From: Phoronis australis
Lineage: Eukaryota; Animalia; Phoronida
Direction: 5' to 3'
Assembly (NCBI GenBank): GCA_002633005.1
Contig: NMRA01000072.1
Span: 795,957-859,956 of the forward strand
Length of the DNA stretch: 64,000 nucleotides
Notes under the pieces: generated by a model
Databases searched by the model: none
Told to the model about the DNA's origin: nothing
Seen by the model: only the letters and a program-made list of their open reading frames with translations
Part shown: in pieces, positions 38,996 to 51,667 of the stretch
Numbering within the stretch: the first letter of the stretch is position 1
Layout of the letters: each line of letters starts with the position of its first letter
Position numbers and translations under genes: made by a program

Positions 38996-39104
38996 CCCTT
39001 CAGGAATGGGCACCTCCAGCTGGGTGCCAGAGGGCGCTTGGATAGCCAGTAGTGTGTCACCCTTGAAACAGGAACAGATGTCTTCATGCGACACATAGGC
39101 CAAT
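38996..39104 (-). CDS. E2F4: E2F4/5 coding exon 4
   Basis: [36 protein letters not shown]; preceded by a U12 branch point; donor ggg|gtctgt. Confidence 0.93.
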
Positions 39105-40543
39105 CTGACAGCTAGTTAAGGGCACACAGCAGTTGAGTGTTGTAAATGATCATCACTTAGCAGTTCATCCGCAAATTTGCCTGCGTGAGCACCCAATACA
39201 AGGACTTGAAAGTTAAACAAGAGCAATGCAGGGTGTTGAAATTCAACCACAAATGCACCACAGAGAGTATGCTTCTTGGGATGTCAATTTGTATCATAAA
39301 AATGGCCACCAGACGGCGCAAAATACCTCAAATCCAACCGAAAATGGGAACATACCATTGTTTCTATAATAGAAAGATATTTACCAATTTTCATAGAAAT
39401 CTGTCAAAACACTTCAGAGAAACAAGGGGAAACTGAAAAAATGAAATTGCCACTAGGGGGCACATCGTTTGTCGGATGCGTATGAAAGTCATCATAGTCT
39501 GTTCTCAATTTCTTATGTATACACTTGCTAAATTTAATAAAGATCCTGCAGTGGGTTTAGGAGATACAGCTACTGGTGCAAAAAATGCCACTTGGAGGCG
39601 CCACAGTAGTCAAAGTCGTCATCGTCAACTGTCCTCTTCATACTAAGAACAGATATGCCACTTTTCACAATCATCCTTAGAGTTGCGGACGCCAAAAAAC
39701 AGATTCTAAAATGGCCACTAGGTGGCGCAAAATGCCTCGAATACATCCGAAAACAGGAGAATAGCGTCATGTCACCAATAAATGCCCATATTCCAAAATT
39801 TAATGAAAATCTGTTGAGAACCTATGGAGATACAGAGGTAAATGTAAAAAATAAAACTGCCACTAAGGGACACACCAGTAGTCAAATCCGTCTGAAATTA
39901 GTCGTCATCTGTCGTCAGCTTCATAAGAACCCAAAGTATGCTAAATTTCATCAAGATCCTGTGAGGGATTTACGAGATACAGCTGCAGACGCCACACGCA
40001 CAGACGGAGATGACGGCAATATGCACCCACATATAAATATGCGGGATCATAAAAAGCACAATTTGTGAAAAACTCCATGCTTACCTCAAAGCTAATTTCT
40101 CTGTCAAACAATTAACTTTTGATTTAGTTCACTTCCCATTATATAACTGTTCTCAACTAGTTCCTTACAAAGTCATTTCTGGGCTTGGAAATAAGTAATG
40201 AGACGAAAGCAATTGCAAAATTGCCACATTTATATTTTTTTCTAAGGTTTACTACATTGTTACAAACATCAAATGTTGCTTGCTAATAGCTACGCCATAC
40301 AAACCATGCAAAAGCCAAGTTAATTGTCTGACAAGTTATTTTTGTTGAGAAATTTGACAAAATAAAATTCCACCTATCCACTATATTGTGTCCCAAACTG
40401 AAGAATTTTTATGTCGCAGTGTAGAAATACAAGCCAAGTGCCTTATGGGCATGTAGCATTGTGGGCAAATACCGCAGAATCTGGGAAAACGCCGCAGTAT
40501 TCCACAAAGTGGCCATTGCGATGGCCCTAGTTGACAAGGATAC
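39105..40543 (-). other. U12-type (minor spliceosome) GT-AG intron
   Basis: 5' site GTATCCTT; branch point CCCTTAAC ~10 nt before the AG; no polypyrimidine tract. Confidence 0.92.
39214..40053 (+). mobile_element. Helentron-like element with CTCF-motif tandem array, copy 1
   Basis: Starts aaacaagagcaatgc, ends gacgg..cacccacatataaatatgcgggatcataaaaa; five CCAC(T/C)AG-type motifs spaced 127-145 bp. Confidence 0.75.
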
Positions 40544-40705
40544 TGGTGATTTGTCTGGTCGTCCGTTACATTCCGTATGCTCTGCTGTACCCATGACTTG
40601 TGTTCATCAAGCTCCTTCTCGCGTCGTTCCAGTTCCTCTATTTCGTCTTTCAACTCCACCAACCGGTCAGAGATTTCCCTCGTGTTGCAGCCCGGACCAG
40701 CGCCC
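40544..40705 (-). CDS. E2F4: E2F4/5 coding exon 3 (coiled coil)
   Basis: GAGPGCNTREISDRLVELKDEIEELERREKELDEHKSWVQQSIRNVTDD; 162 nt, phase 2-2. Confidence 0.95.
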
Positions 40706-40782
40706 CTGGGAAGCAGATACATATAGGCTGCAACTTAGTTCTGATGAATGGGGGACTTCTTTGAACAAGAACTTTTAGTAGC

Positions 40783-41022
40783 TCAGCCAAAACAATAAAT
40801 ATATCTCGACAATTTTGTCAGCAAACTTTGACTGTGACTTGATCACAATCTAATATGGCGGACGGCATGCTGGCAGAGGATGCAAGTTGAATTGCTTTCA
40901 CACTGCTCCCCTCCGGGTAGTTGGAAAAGAGGCTAACATGCCATCTGCCTATTAGATTGGGATAAAGTCACGGAATTCCCTGAAGAAATTATTGAGGCAC
41001 CCGATTGTTTTTGGCAGAACCC
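40783..41022. repeat. Imperfect long inverted repeat (foldback MITE)
   Basis: gccaaaacaat..gtgacttgatcacaatctaatatggcggacggcatg pairs with catgccatctgcctattagattgggataaagtcac..attgtttttggc. Confidence 0.6.
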
Positions 41023-41846
41023 AAGCACAGTTAGAGCATGCATTTCTGAATACATTAGAAACAAAACCGCACCCGAACGTATCTAAAACCAAAGCACTCA
41101 CTGACAAGACTCCTCAGAAAATACATTTTTAATATATTAGTCATACTGCAATATAACGAACCCTCCTAGGACGTTCCAAAAACTTCACTCTAATCGAAGT
41201 TGGCTGCAATCATATGAACAGACCAAGTCTGGCACATAAAATGACCTTAGGCTACTTGTTGAACATGGTTTCAACCATTAAGCAGTTGGCCGATCTCTTC
41301 AAGCCAAGAAATCACCTCCAACTTGAGTAAGGAAAAGCTGACACCATTTTCACAATGCTACGAGGTCTAAATCAAAAGTACGGTGAAAATTCTCCAGTTT
41401 GGGAAAGTATCTCAAATTAGGGTCATCGAAATCCAAGCTGAAATCGAATTTCCTGATTCTGAAATTTGGACATGGATGATTGTTTCAAGTATCACATCTC
41501 TCAAATTGTGCACCAATGCATGTTTCTGCACAACGGGGTATGCATAAAAAAGTAACGCTGATCATCTATACATTAGTGAAAACTACTACCAGTGGCTTTG
41601 AATTTGGGAAGCCCAATGTTATGACTATTTCAAATGTGGTCCAAGCTACGACCTTGAATAAAATAATTACTTTTCTACTGACCCAAAATGGAGAACTCTT
41701 ACAATAGATATTTTTGACTGAGGGTGAAGCATCAATTCCAGACGTTATGAACAATTTTCTCCCGACTTCAGTTGCACCAGGTGATTCACGAGTAATTAAC
41801 ATAAATTAATATAAATATTAAGAACGAGTGAATAAACTTTACTTAC

Positions 41847-41956
41847 TTCCACTGAATGCTGTTTTTAGACTTCTTCTCTATGAGACCAATTCCCTCTAAA
41901 ACATTGGTTATGTCGTAGATCCTCCTTTTTTGTCTCACTGCTAACTGGTCAGCAGC
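41847..41956 (-). CDS. E2F4: E2F4/5 coding exon 2 (DNA-binding domain)
   Basis: [37 protein letters not shown]; ttgcag|..aa|gtaagt. Confidence 0.97.
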
Positions 41957-43186
41957 CTGCAATAACACAAAAGTAAAATGTTTCTGTTATATACAAAAAC
42001 ACATCCAGATGCAACCTCAGGTCGACACACAAAGTACAAAGAGATTTATACGGACATTCTTCTCCTTTGCCCAACATGTAACTTCATTTCACTGATAACA
42101 GGAAGATGTAGTGTACAGCCAATTGTTTTATTTCAAACACAGTAATTGAATGTCTGTTGTTCTCAAAATGTTCATGCTGAAGAAGCCTGCATCTTAAGAC
42201 TCGAGATATTTCAGGTCATCAACCAGACACTAAATAAAAACACCTTTTACAAGTTTCAATTTCGAATTTGAAACAGTATCACCACTGTTCAGCTGGACTG
42301 CAATATTTAGTTACTGAAATCCTTAAGTATCATATTCCAACTGAACAGGTTTAATTTCTTTGATTCTGAACTTTCCTGGATGGATTTACATTTCAAGAAA
42401 TGAAAAGGAATTCATTAACTTAATTGTAGACATCAGACTGCAGTAAATACTTACATTGCTGACAAACCAACCGTTATACATTTGGTTTGCCTTTACATTG
42501 AAATTCTGGTGTTACCTCTTAAATTATTTTACTGTCCAAAACACTGTGCAAAATGTTCTTGATCACTACTAAATTAACTACACATTTTCGTTTTAATTAA
42601 AAATTTATTTATTTCTTTAAGATCACGATTTACCTCAACCAAAATTTAATTCCCGATTCAGATATCAACCAGCTGCTTTCAGGCTGTGAGATACTGTAAG
42701 TTTACTTATTCCTTCAAAATTCTTTCAGTGTTTAGTACTGACAGAACCATGTAACTTCAGATCACACTCACAGTAACTCTGTCACCTGCAGGAAAATACA
42801 TCACTACCTATTTTAGTATTTTAGCATGCACAGTCTAAGTGTACATTACCACCAGGGAGTTCATATGGATAATAGCAGCACCACCTAGTGGCCATAACAA
42901 AAAGAAACACACACATCAACAAATTAACAATGCTCATTTTTCGGGATTAGTTCCAAGTAGAACAAACACTGTTAAAATCGAATCAACGCTCTAGTTTTTA
43001 AGAGCAGCCTATTTGACTTTCTGACAAAATAAAGCAAGTTCCAATGCACTAATAATATAAAAAATACACAAAATTCTCAAAAATGCCAAAATCAGTTCAC
43101 CTTTCGCCAAAGATTTCAGTCAAGTTCAATTGGCGACCAGGCGACAGACAACCCGTTGCGAAAGGAGCGTGAAAAACAATACTCAC

Positions 43187-43309
43187 TACTTTCAAATCTA
43201 AGACACCGTCTGGAGCTTCTTGCAGCAACGAAACAAACTTTGATGTGAGGAGACCCAAGCTCTTCTCGTGTCTACTTAGTGGACTCGGGGTATCTAATCC
43301 AACCTCCAT
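43187..43309 (-). CDS. E2F4: E2F4/5 coding exon 1
   Basis: [41 protein letters not shown]|gtgagt. The nine exons sum to 1137 nt = 378 aa + stop. This is a pro-orthologue of E2F4/E2F5. Confidence 0.95.
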
Positions 43310-43939
43310 GCTGATCCAGGGAAGCCGTTACAAAGGATCATGGGAAATAGTCTGTATCCTAAGATGTAAGTTATAGCCAAAATGAAAAAATACAAACTCA
43401 AAGACAAAATAAACTCCAATTTTCTATTTTAAAAACATAATTGAAAATTTTTGTTGAAATAAATGGACATGTTATTTTTCATTAGAAATTCCTATGTGAG
43501 ATTATTGAACATACGGGCATTTTGAAAATGGCAGCCCTCACAGTGACAGGAGACCATAAGGTGTTTGATTTGTGATCATTGTAAGCAGCAATTTTGGTTG
43601 ACGTTGTCATTTGTTTGATAGAACCCATGTAAGGACAAAAATGTGTCTGTTGCCAGGTATTCATCGTGATTTAACGTCTGATCTCGTCATCAATTAATTA
43701 CCAAATCGAGTCAGAGTCTGTTGCCGGTTGTTGGACACCGCGGTAGGTTAGCCAGCCAGCTAGCTGTATGAAGACTATCGTCAAAATACAGCTAGGTACC
43801 ACTGTGTGTTTTTCTTCCATAGACCCTGAAATTGCATGCAGCCAGGGTAGTTCTGCTCGTTAAATCGCCGTGAAACCTGATCAACATGTAGAGCTAAAGA
43901 CAAGACAGGGTGCATGCAAAATCTGGAAATCAACCGACA

Positions 43940-44280
43940 CTCACCTTGCCCGTTACAACCCTTTTAAGTGGAAAACAATGCAACAAACGTCATTTTCTTA
44001 CGTAATTCTCGACCTTTTTTAACAATGAAAAGTATGTTGTTGTTTTGAAAACAGTACGCTCGTGTCAGGCGCACGCGCTAGTTCCTAAATTTTTGCGACA
44101 ACGCTTCGCAGTGGCAAAATTTGTTCTGAAATTTGGTTTTTCGGTATCGAAATTCTAAAAAACTTGTAATGAAGTTACGATAATTTGTTGTGATATCTAC
44201 GCAACGTCGTGGAAGAAGAACAGTTGATTGAAGAATCGGCAAAAAAGAAACTGGCCAATAGGTGATGCAATATTTCATGG
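43940..44280. promoter_or_regulatory. Candidate bidirectional promoter region (E2F4/5 and RALY-like gene)
   Basis: Minus-strand donor aag|gtgagt at ~43945 (5'UTR exon), CpG-richer patch 44055-44110, head-to-head genes with start codons 3 kb apart. Confidence 0.35.
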
Positions 44281-45309
44281 CACCGAAAGCTGTCGCTAAA
44301 GATCGCTCCACAACTTTAGCAGCACAATAACAGTAGAACGCCATTTTTTCCAACACTGTTAAATAGTTTACTCAAGGAAGACTGCAGTTTTTGATGCCAC
44401 CAATTTTGTGTCAGATTTTATCTTACCACTTTTTTACCCATATTGCTGCAAAGCTGTATATTTAGTATACAGCTTTGTACCAAGGCTACGCCACCGGCTT
44501 GGTTCATGGTTGGAATGATCAGCGAATTTGCTAAAAAATACCTTACCCGGTTTTGGCCTATTAACAGATACTAAAACGATTTTCCTATTCAGTTATCTGA
44601 AACAAAGTAAATATAGATTATTACGTGGCGAAGTCGTTATCCCCCATAATCTAGAGCCTGAGATGAGTGGATTTTGGAAAACTGTCGCCCGAGGGGCGTT
44701 AGCTAATTCTACAAAATTGTCATGAGGGCTCTAGGTAAAGGGGCTAACAACTGAGAACATGTAATCTAATTATACCACATACTGAATGATAAACATTGTA
44801 GTGAATCGATCTGCCTTTCTCGACTCGCCACGGCTTTGTAACTACTTTCTATGTCAAGAGACCCGGGGTCGGAGTCATGACCTTTTAAGAAGCACTGAGT
44901 TGTTCATATTAAAATAATGTTCATACTCAAAACTAAATGAAAATTTAAACAAAACAGGCATAAAGTGAGTCTATAAAATAAGCTTTAAGCAACCAGTCTA
45001 GCTTACTACATATCTTTTCATGCTAAGCATCCATCTTGAAAAAGTCGTCTGCTACAGTAGGTTACCACTCGTTATTGAGTATAATGTCCAAGACAAATGG
45101 TCGCGATGATATATTACTGGATATCGATGATTTACGAGTGAGAGAAAATGACGGATAAATTTTATTGAATTAAAGATGTTGTTTTCATTGAAATTTTATG
45201 TATTATTTTTCACAGCGTATATTTATGTCGGTACAAAGTGGTTTGTTGTACATGCGATTATTACGTGCCCTCATTTAAGTATTCTGTGTTTACGAATGAT
45301 GACATTAGC

Positions 45310-45385
45310 TGCTGGATGGCGCAGCGGTTAAGTCTATGGCTTGAAATTCTAGCGAACGGGTTCAAATTTGGCCTCGGGTTCCCAT
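45310..45385 (+). mobile_element. tRNA-derived SINE head (degenerate)
   Basis: A-box tggcgcagcgg and B-box ggttcaaat at tRNA-like spacing, but no cloverleaf. Confidence 0.45.
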
Positions 45386-45790
45386 CAAAATGTTATTTAA
45401 CACGCGTTAAATAACTGAATGGGTTATTTACTTGTTGTATTGGCTGAAAATGTTGTATAATGCTTTGTAACCCTCGACAACCCTCAAACGTGTTGAGGAA
45501 AATTTGAAACTCCTTTCAAAGTCTGGTAAACCATGCCCATGGGCGGCACACCATGGGGGACTGGAGGCTATAGCTCCACCACTTATTTCAGTGTTGCGCC
45601 ACCTATGTAAATGGGCAAATTCTTTTTGTGAATTACACGGCAATTGTTGGAAAAGACCATCCAGCAAGGACCTTAATAATTGTCATGAACTCATCATGTT
45701 GCTACAAGCACCTTGTAAGCATATTGAGATTCCATGGGAGGCCGTTTTTTTCTTTAATTCCTTCCAACTCGAACAAATACCTTCTGTGTC

Positions 45791-46038
45791 GTTGTTCGAG
45801 ATGAACTCACAGTTTGTTGTTGTTCGAGACGAACTCAGTTTGTTGTTGTTCGAGACGAACTCACAGTTTGTTGTTGTTCAAGACGAACTCACAGTTTGTT
45901 ATTGCTCAAGATGAACTCACAGTTTGTTATTGCTCAAGACGAACTCACACTTTGTTGTTGCTCGAGACAAACTCAGTTTGTTGTTGCTGGAGACAAGCTC
46001 ACAGTTTGTTATTGCTCGAGATGAATTGACACTTTGTT
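45791..46038. repeat. 28-bp minisatellite (gttgttcgagacgaactcacagtttgtt) x ~9
   Basis: Head-to-tail units of 26-28 bp, with no spacers. Confidence 0.9.
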
Positions 46039-46299
46039 AATGCTTGTGATCGTGCTCGATACGTTGATTTGTCTCAAATACAACCAGGCCACCGATAGAT
46101 AACAACTTTACTCCCTATACTATGTAATGGCGCCAGCTATGAATGTTCATTTGACAGTAATCGTGTCGAAGGCATTTGTCACAACAGTCAGAATCTTTCT
46201 TCTTTTGACCAGAAGTGACCGTTGTTATCATGCGGGTATTCCCATTTTTTACAAAACTTCACTCATTACACTGTATCCATTCCAGTTCTATGACTAGAG

Positions 46300-46717
46300 A
46301 TGTTCCGACCACAGTTTGGCAACCAGTCCTTTGTACAGAACAATGGCTTCAATTGTAATCCAGGATTCTCACAACCCAACCAATCGTCTTGGAGATTCAA
46401 TGGACCAGGTCAAGGCTTCAATCCACCGCAGGGGAACGGGGACTTTGCAGGTGCCACCTTTTCCGCACAGAACAATGAGATCAGTAACTTTACGTCTGCA
46501 AATGACCCCAAGTCGATTCATTCCAGAGTGTTTGTTGGTAATCTGAACACGATTCATTTGTCCAAAGAGGATATTAGAAAGATTTTCACCTCCTATGGCA
46601 GTGTTGGAGCTATATCTGTCCACAAGGGTTATGCATTTGTCCAGTATACCAACGTTTTTGAAGCTCGCCGGGCTGTCGCTGGTGAAGATCAGAAGATTTA
46701 TGCTGGGATGAAAATTG
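46300..46717 (+). CDS. hnRNP-C/RALY-like RRM + BCL11-type zinc-finger protein, coding exon 1
   Basis: N/Q/G/F-rich N-terminus, then ISNFTSANDPKSIHSRVFVGNLNT..IFTSYGSVGAISVHKGYAFVQYTNVFEARRAVAGED (hnRNP C RRM); donor g|gtagga. Confidence 0.9.
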
Positions 46718-47764
46718 GTAGGAACAAGTGCTTATCTGCTCCCTTTTTAATTAATTTACTCAAACGCGAGTGTTGGTGATTTTGAAGCATTTTTTTCCAA
46801 GAAGTGTACTCGTCAAAAGTAAACCAGTCTTTTGCCTATGCTAATTCTATCCTTTTCTGGCATATACCTAAAAGTCTTCCCATATGATTTGCTGGCAATC
46901 AGATATACTTCTTCTCTTATTTCATTTTTTAATTTAATATTTAAAAAAGCTGTTTGAAACCCACCTTCAGTCAAAAATCAATTTTTTGATTAGGACTTCA
47001 TTATCGCTTAAACGTTTTACCTTCTCCAGTCCGACCTGGCGTGATCAACTGTTCACCTACTTAAAAGTACGTAAACAGTTTGTTGTTATACACACCACGT
47101 GCCGGGAGACCAAGTACGAAATGGATAACGGAAATCGAGTCAGTGGTTAAAGCATGTCGTGGGCATGAGATCAAAACAGTGAAATTTCAAATAACATCAA
47201 ATTGAGGAATTTGAGTAAGAATTTATCTCTTCACAACTTGCTGTGTTCGTGAACATAAAGTCACAGATGTGTGAGGTGACTCAGAGCATTCGTTTGCAAC
47301 AGTCGTATGCAGGCAGACGCACAACTCCCTCAGGATCAAAGTTACATTTTGTTATTCGTTTTCGTTTTCACTGGCATCTTTCTATCACATGTGCTCATTA
47401 TTATGATGACTTGGTGAATGACAGGACTGAGGATATATAGGGAGCTGCTCTGTCCCTTGCGGGAGGTTCGATTTGAGTGACAGCCCTGTAACCTCCGACC
47501 TCGGATAAGTAGTGAACTAATTTCCATGCTGTTGTGCAGTTCCAAGGTGGTTCTGCTAAATTTTATTTACAATAGTTTAAAGTTGACTGTTTTGACATGA
47601 ATTGATTGTTGCTAAATGGGGCTTTAATGTTTACTTTATGTTTGTTCTTTTTAAAACAGCTAGCCTAATGGTTAATTGTTTATGTTATCTTCCTTATACG
47701 GTAGGATATTCCTTGCTTTGATGAAGTCACCTGAACCAATATACTCTTACATCTTACTTTTCAG

Positions 47765-47828
47765 ACTGCAACATTGTAACAGAGCCAAAAAATAAACATG
47801 CTTCCAAGAGACCCCGTAATAATGATAG
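47765..47828 (+). CDS. RALY-like, coding exon 2
   Basis: ctttcag|..ag|gtaatt; DCNIVTEPKNKHASKRPR completes the RRM (cf. DINLAAEPK). Confidence 0.85.
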
Positions 47829-48202
47829 GTAATTGATAAAAGGAATGGATAACGTGGAATGAAATGTTATTTTTAATGATTTTAGTCTAGATCTTAAAGA
47901 AGTTGTTTTGAATCGAACATTGCTTAAATCAAGAGTAACTCTTCAGTTTGTTCGAATAGGGTTAAACCAGTCAGAGCCATTTGTTGGCTCAATGCAAACT
48001 GGTATATGTATCATCAGAGTTTGCACTTTTAGTGAAGTTTAGAACTAGCATTAGGAGGAAATGGAGAAGTAAACAATTTCAACGTACATTTATTATTTTA
48101 TTGTCTGCAAAGAACATTTTTAAGACCATGTTATCTGTCAAGTTGGGTAGTCACAGGATTGACATCTTGTGACTGCAGGGCATTGGAAGAGCTTTCAATA
48201 GG

Positions 48203-50342
48203 TTTTTATGCGCCCACATTATGCCGTCATCCCTGTCTGTTTGTCCGTCCGTCCATCCGTCGTCTGCTGCTCTATCTACAAAACCCTGTGACGTGAAATT
48301 TTGCATGTGTTCCTTTCATGGATGGAACAGCGTGAGTGAACTTTCATAGGGATATGACTACCAGTGTGCCCCTAGTGGAAATTTTAGTTTTTTATGTTTA
48401 TCTCTGTATCTTCAAAGGTCCTCTATAAATTTTCATTAAATTTGGCAGATAGGCATCTGTGAGATGACGCTATCCTCTTGTTTTCGGATGGATTCAAGGT
48501 ATTTTATGCCACCTAGTGGCCATTTTTACTATTTTCGAGTTTTTTTTACTTCCGCCCCTCTATCAACCAAACCAGTCCTAGGATGATTGGGACAATTGGC
48601 ATTGATGTTCCTAATGGGAAGAGGACAGCTGACGATGATTTCCGGATGGCTCCAACAACAGTGGTTTCTTCTAGTGGCAGTATTGGTTGTTTTTTTTTGC
48701 ATCCATAGCCTTTTCTCCTAAACCCTGTGCAAGATCTTTGCTAAGTTTGGCAAGTGTATTATATAAAGGTGACAACAGGTGATGATGACTTTTGAGACAG
48801 ATCAAACAACAGCTGTGCCCCCTAGTGTCATTTTCCTCAGTCTATATTTTTGGAGTTCTTGGTCGGATTTGCATGAAATTTAGTATTAGATTTCTATTAA
48901 AGAGGTGATGACATCTTTCCATTTTCAGATGGATTTGATGTACCTCACGCCACCTTGTGGTCGATTTTATTGTTTTTATTCTGTTTTTGGCTTTTATCTC
49001 TCTGTCGGCCAACTCACTCTTAGGATGACTATGAAAATTGACGTGTATGTTCTTACTGGAAAGAGGATATGTGACGATGGTTTTTGGACAGCGCCCACTA
49101 CTGTGGTGCCTCCTGGTGGTTGTTTTATTTTCATTGCATCCTTGGCTGTTTCTTCTAAAACCTCTGCAGGATCTTTGTTAAATTTGGCAAGTGTATTTGC
49201 ATGAAGGTGATAATGGATGATGACAATGCTCGGGTAGATTTGACTCCCTCTATGCCCCCTAGGGGCAATTTTATTTTTCTCCTTTTTCTTTGGAGTTCAT
49301 CTATGGATTTCTCTGAAATTTGACAAATGTGTTTCTATTAAGCCGACAACTTTGCCTTTCCATTTTTGGACAGATTCAGCGTATTTTGCACCACCTAGTG
49401 GCAATTTTTATGATTTTGAAATTCATTTTTTAGTGTCTGCCTCTTTATCTGCTAAACTGTTGAAAGGACGATAAGGAATCATAGCAGTTGTGTTCCTGAT
49501 GAAAGGACCATGGCTGACATTGATTTTTGTGTGAATGTGACACCTGTGGCGTCCCCTAGTGGTAACTTAGTATTTTTTGCGACAATGGCTGCAGCTCCTG
49601 ATTTCTTTGCATGATGTTTGTGAACTTTCGCAGATATTTTCCTATAGATGTGACAATAGCTTGCTTTGGATCACTCTGACAACCGCTATTGCCCCCCATT
49701 GACAATTTTATTTCTTACCCTTTTCTTTTTTTCTTCTGAGTTCCTTGATGTTTTTTCAGGAACTTTTCTAAACAATTTTCTATTGTAAAGATGACAGCAT
49801 CTTTCCAATTTGTGATGGATTTGACATATTCTGTGCCACCTAGTGGTTATGTCAATTATGTTTTAGTCTTCTTTTTTGTCGTCTGCTTCTGTATTCACTG
49901 AACTGCTCTGACAGAGGATTGTCATGAAAATTAGCAGATGTGTTCCTACAGAGATGAGCATGTCTGTCTTAGATTTTCAGATGGGTCCAACTACTGTGGT
50001 GCCCCCAAGTGACATTATTTTCACACCTGCGGCTATACCTACGAAACTCTTTGCAAGACTATTCCTGTTCCTATTAAGCTGACAACAGATGGATGGATTC
50101 GACTACCGCTGTGCCTTTTTTTACTCCTGTCTCTGTATCTTTGGAGTTCCTTGTTGGATTTTCATGAAAGTTGACAAAATAGTTTTGTTATAGAGAGAAG
50201 ACGATGCTTTCCCAGTTTTGGACGACTTAGACATATTCTGTGCCATTTGATGGCCATTTTTATAATATTAAAAGCACCATTAGGAGCACACTGTTTGTGT
50301 TGCAGTCGTTGGCGCATTTCAATGCTCCGCATTGCTGTTGTT
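48203..50342 (-). mobile_element. Helentron-like element with CTCF-motif tandem array, copy 2 (about 4 trimers)
   Basis: Both termini homologous to copy 1 (aacaacagcaatgc.. and gacggacggac..tgtgggcgcataaaaa); ~13 motif-bearing monomers. Confidence 0.8.
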
Positions 50343-50474
50343 ATGTTTTCAGTCAATGAAGTTTTGACATTTAAAGTATTTTTGCAAGTTACACGGTGAC
50401 AGAATTAACGGTGAGATATACGTATTCATAGCTGTCATTAATTGACTCTTTCCTTCACTTCCTTGGTCCGACAG

Positions 50475-50593
50475 CCGAGCTTCTGCACCCATCCGTCAAC
50501 TGGTGGCATTAGGAAGTGATGAACCCAGTGTAAAAGTAATCAAGACTAGTACCAAACCTACGAAAACGCCCAAAGGCATCACATCGTTCAAAG
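50475..50593 (+). CDS. RALY-like, coding exon 3
   Basis: ccgacag|..g|gtgtgt, 119 nt, phase 2-1, open frame RASAPIRQLVALGSDEPSVKVIK..SFK. Confidence 0.7.
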
Positions 50594-51541
50594 GTGTGTT
50601 GTGTTATTTTAGTTCTTAGAAATTAATTTATTAGATTCTGGTTTTACTGTGTTATCTGGATCTGGATCTGGATTGGGCAGAACAGCTTGTGTCTTTGACC
50701 GTAAACTATGCCCATGTTGTTTGTGGTGTTTGTTTATCTGAGCTGTCGATTCGAGTTGATGACGCTGGAGTGTGCATCAGAGATTTTCAATATTGAAAAT
50801 TGATGGGTGTGTATTTAGTCAAACGGAAGAATTCCCCAAAAGTACTATGATGTGTTGTTGGATTTTATGGCATCACTTGCATACTCCAAGACATGCTTGC
50901 CTTGTCATTGCAATTTCTTTCATTCCACACACCATTTCAATACTTCATTCAAATCGACTATGGCTTATCACGTACTTAAGGATGGTTGTGAATTTCTGAT
51001 TTCACTTTTTCCACCAGTGTACAAAACCTGTGTTTTAGAAAGGAGGGGGTCAGGGGTTTCTGCTAGAATATCCCTATGTCAGTGAGAAAAATCAAAATTC
51101 AAGATGTTTTTTTCGTTTTTTACATGCTATGAAGAAACAATCAGCGGTCTCAGTATTGCCGTGATTCTTTGACAGATCATCCAGTCTTTTTCATAGGGTT
51201 TGATGTATACATCTTGTTTAATGCAGGTGTGTAAAAATGTCAACATTTTTTGTACTCTTTCTGTGGGAGGGGGGATGTGTACATTTTTGTACTTTCGTGA
51301 AAATGGTTTTAGTTTTGAAGTGTCCTTAGTCTGGAAATTGATTTAGCCAGGGTTGGTCCAGTTTCAAGACAGCACAAGCATCTGCTTAGGGTCCCACATA
51401 GAGGACAATCTGCTGGGAATCCCCCTTCTTCTTATCAAATCTAGCTTACGGCCACCAAAGGTGAAGACCAGCCCTGGATTTGGTTGATCTTCTGTTTCAC
51501 ATGGGCTCATGCGTTTAATATGTTGATGTCATTTGTTTTAG

Positions 51542-51667
51542 ATATTCTTATATGTGGCCAATGCAAGGCGCTATTCCCATCCTTGGAAGAACTCTCCGCT
51601 CACAAGTCAGGCGGCTGTCAGTTGNTAAAAATAGCATGCAAGTGTAAGGAGATCGCTTTAAAACTAG
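51542..51667 (+). CDS. RALY-like, coding exon 4 (BCL11-type CCHC finger)
   Basis: DILICGQCKALFPSLEELSAHKSGGC..IACKC; ttttag|..g|gtgaga; contains one N. Confidence 0.82.

Noticed and set aside
45310-45385. tRNA gene
   Set aside because: A and B boxes are present, but acceptor and anticodon stems do not pair; it is a SINE-like remnant.
45791-46038. 28-bp repeat array resembling a CRISPR in unit length
   Set aside because: Units are head-to-tail with no unique spacers, there are no cas genes, and the context is eukaryotic.
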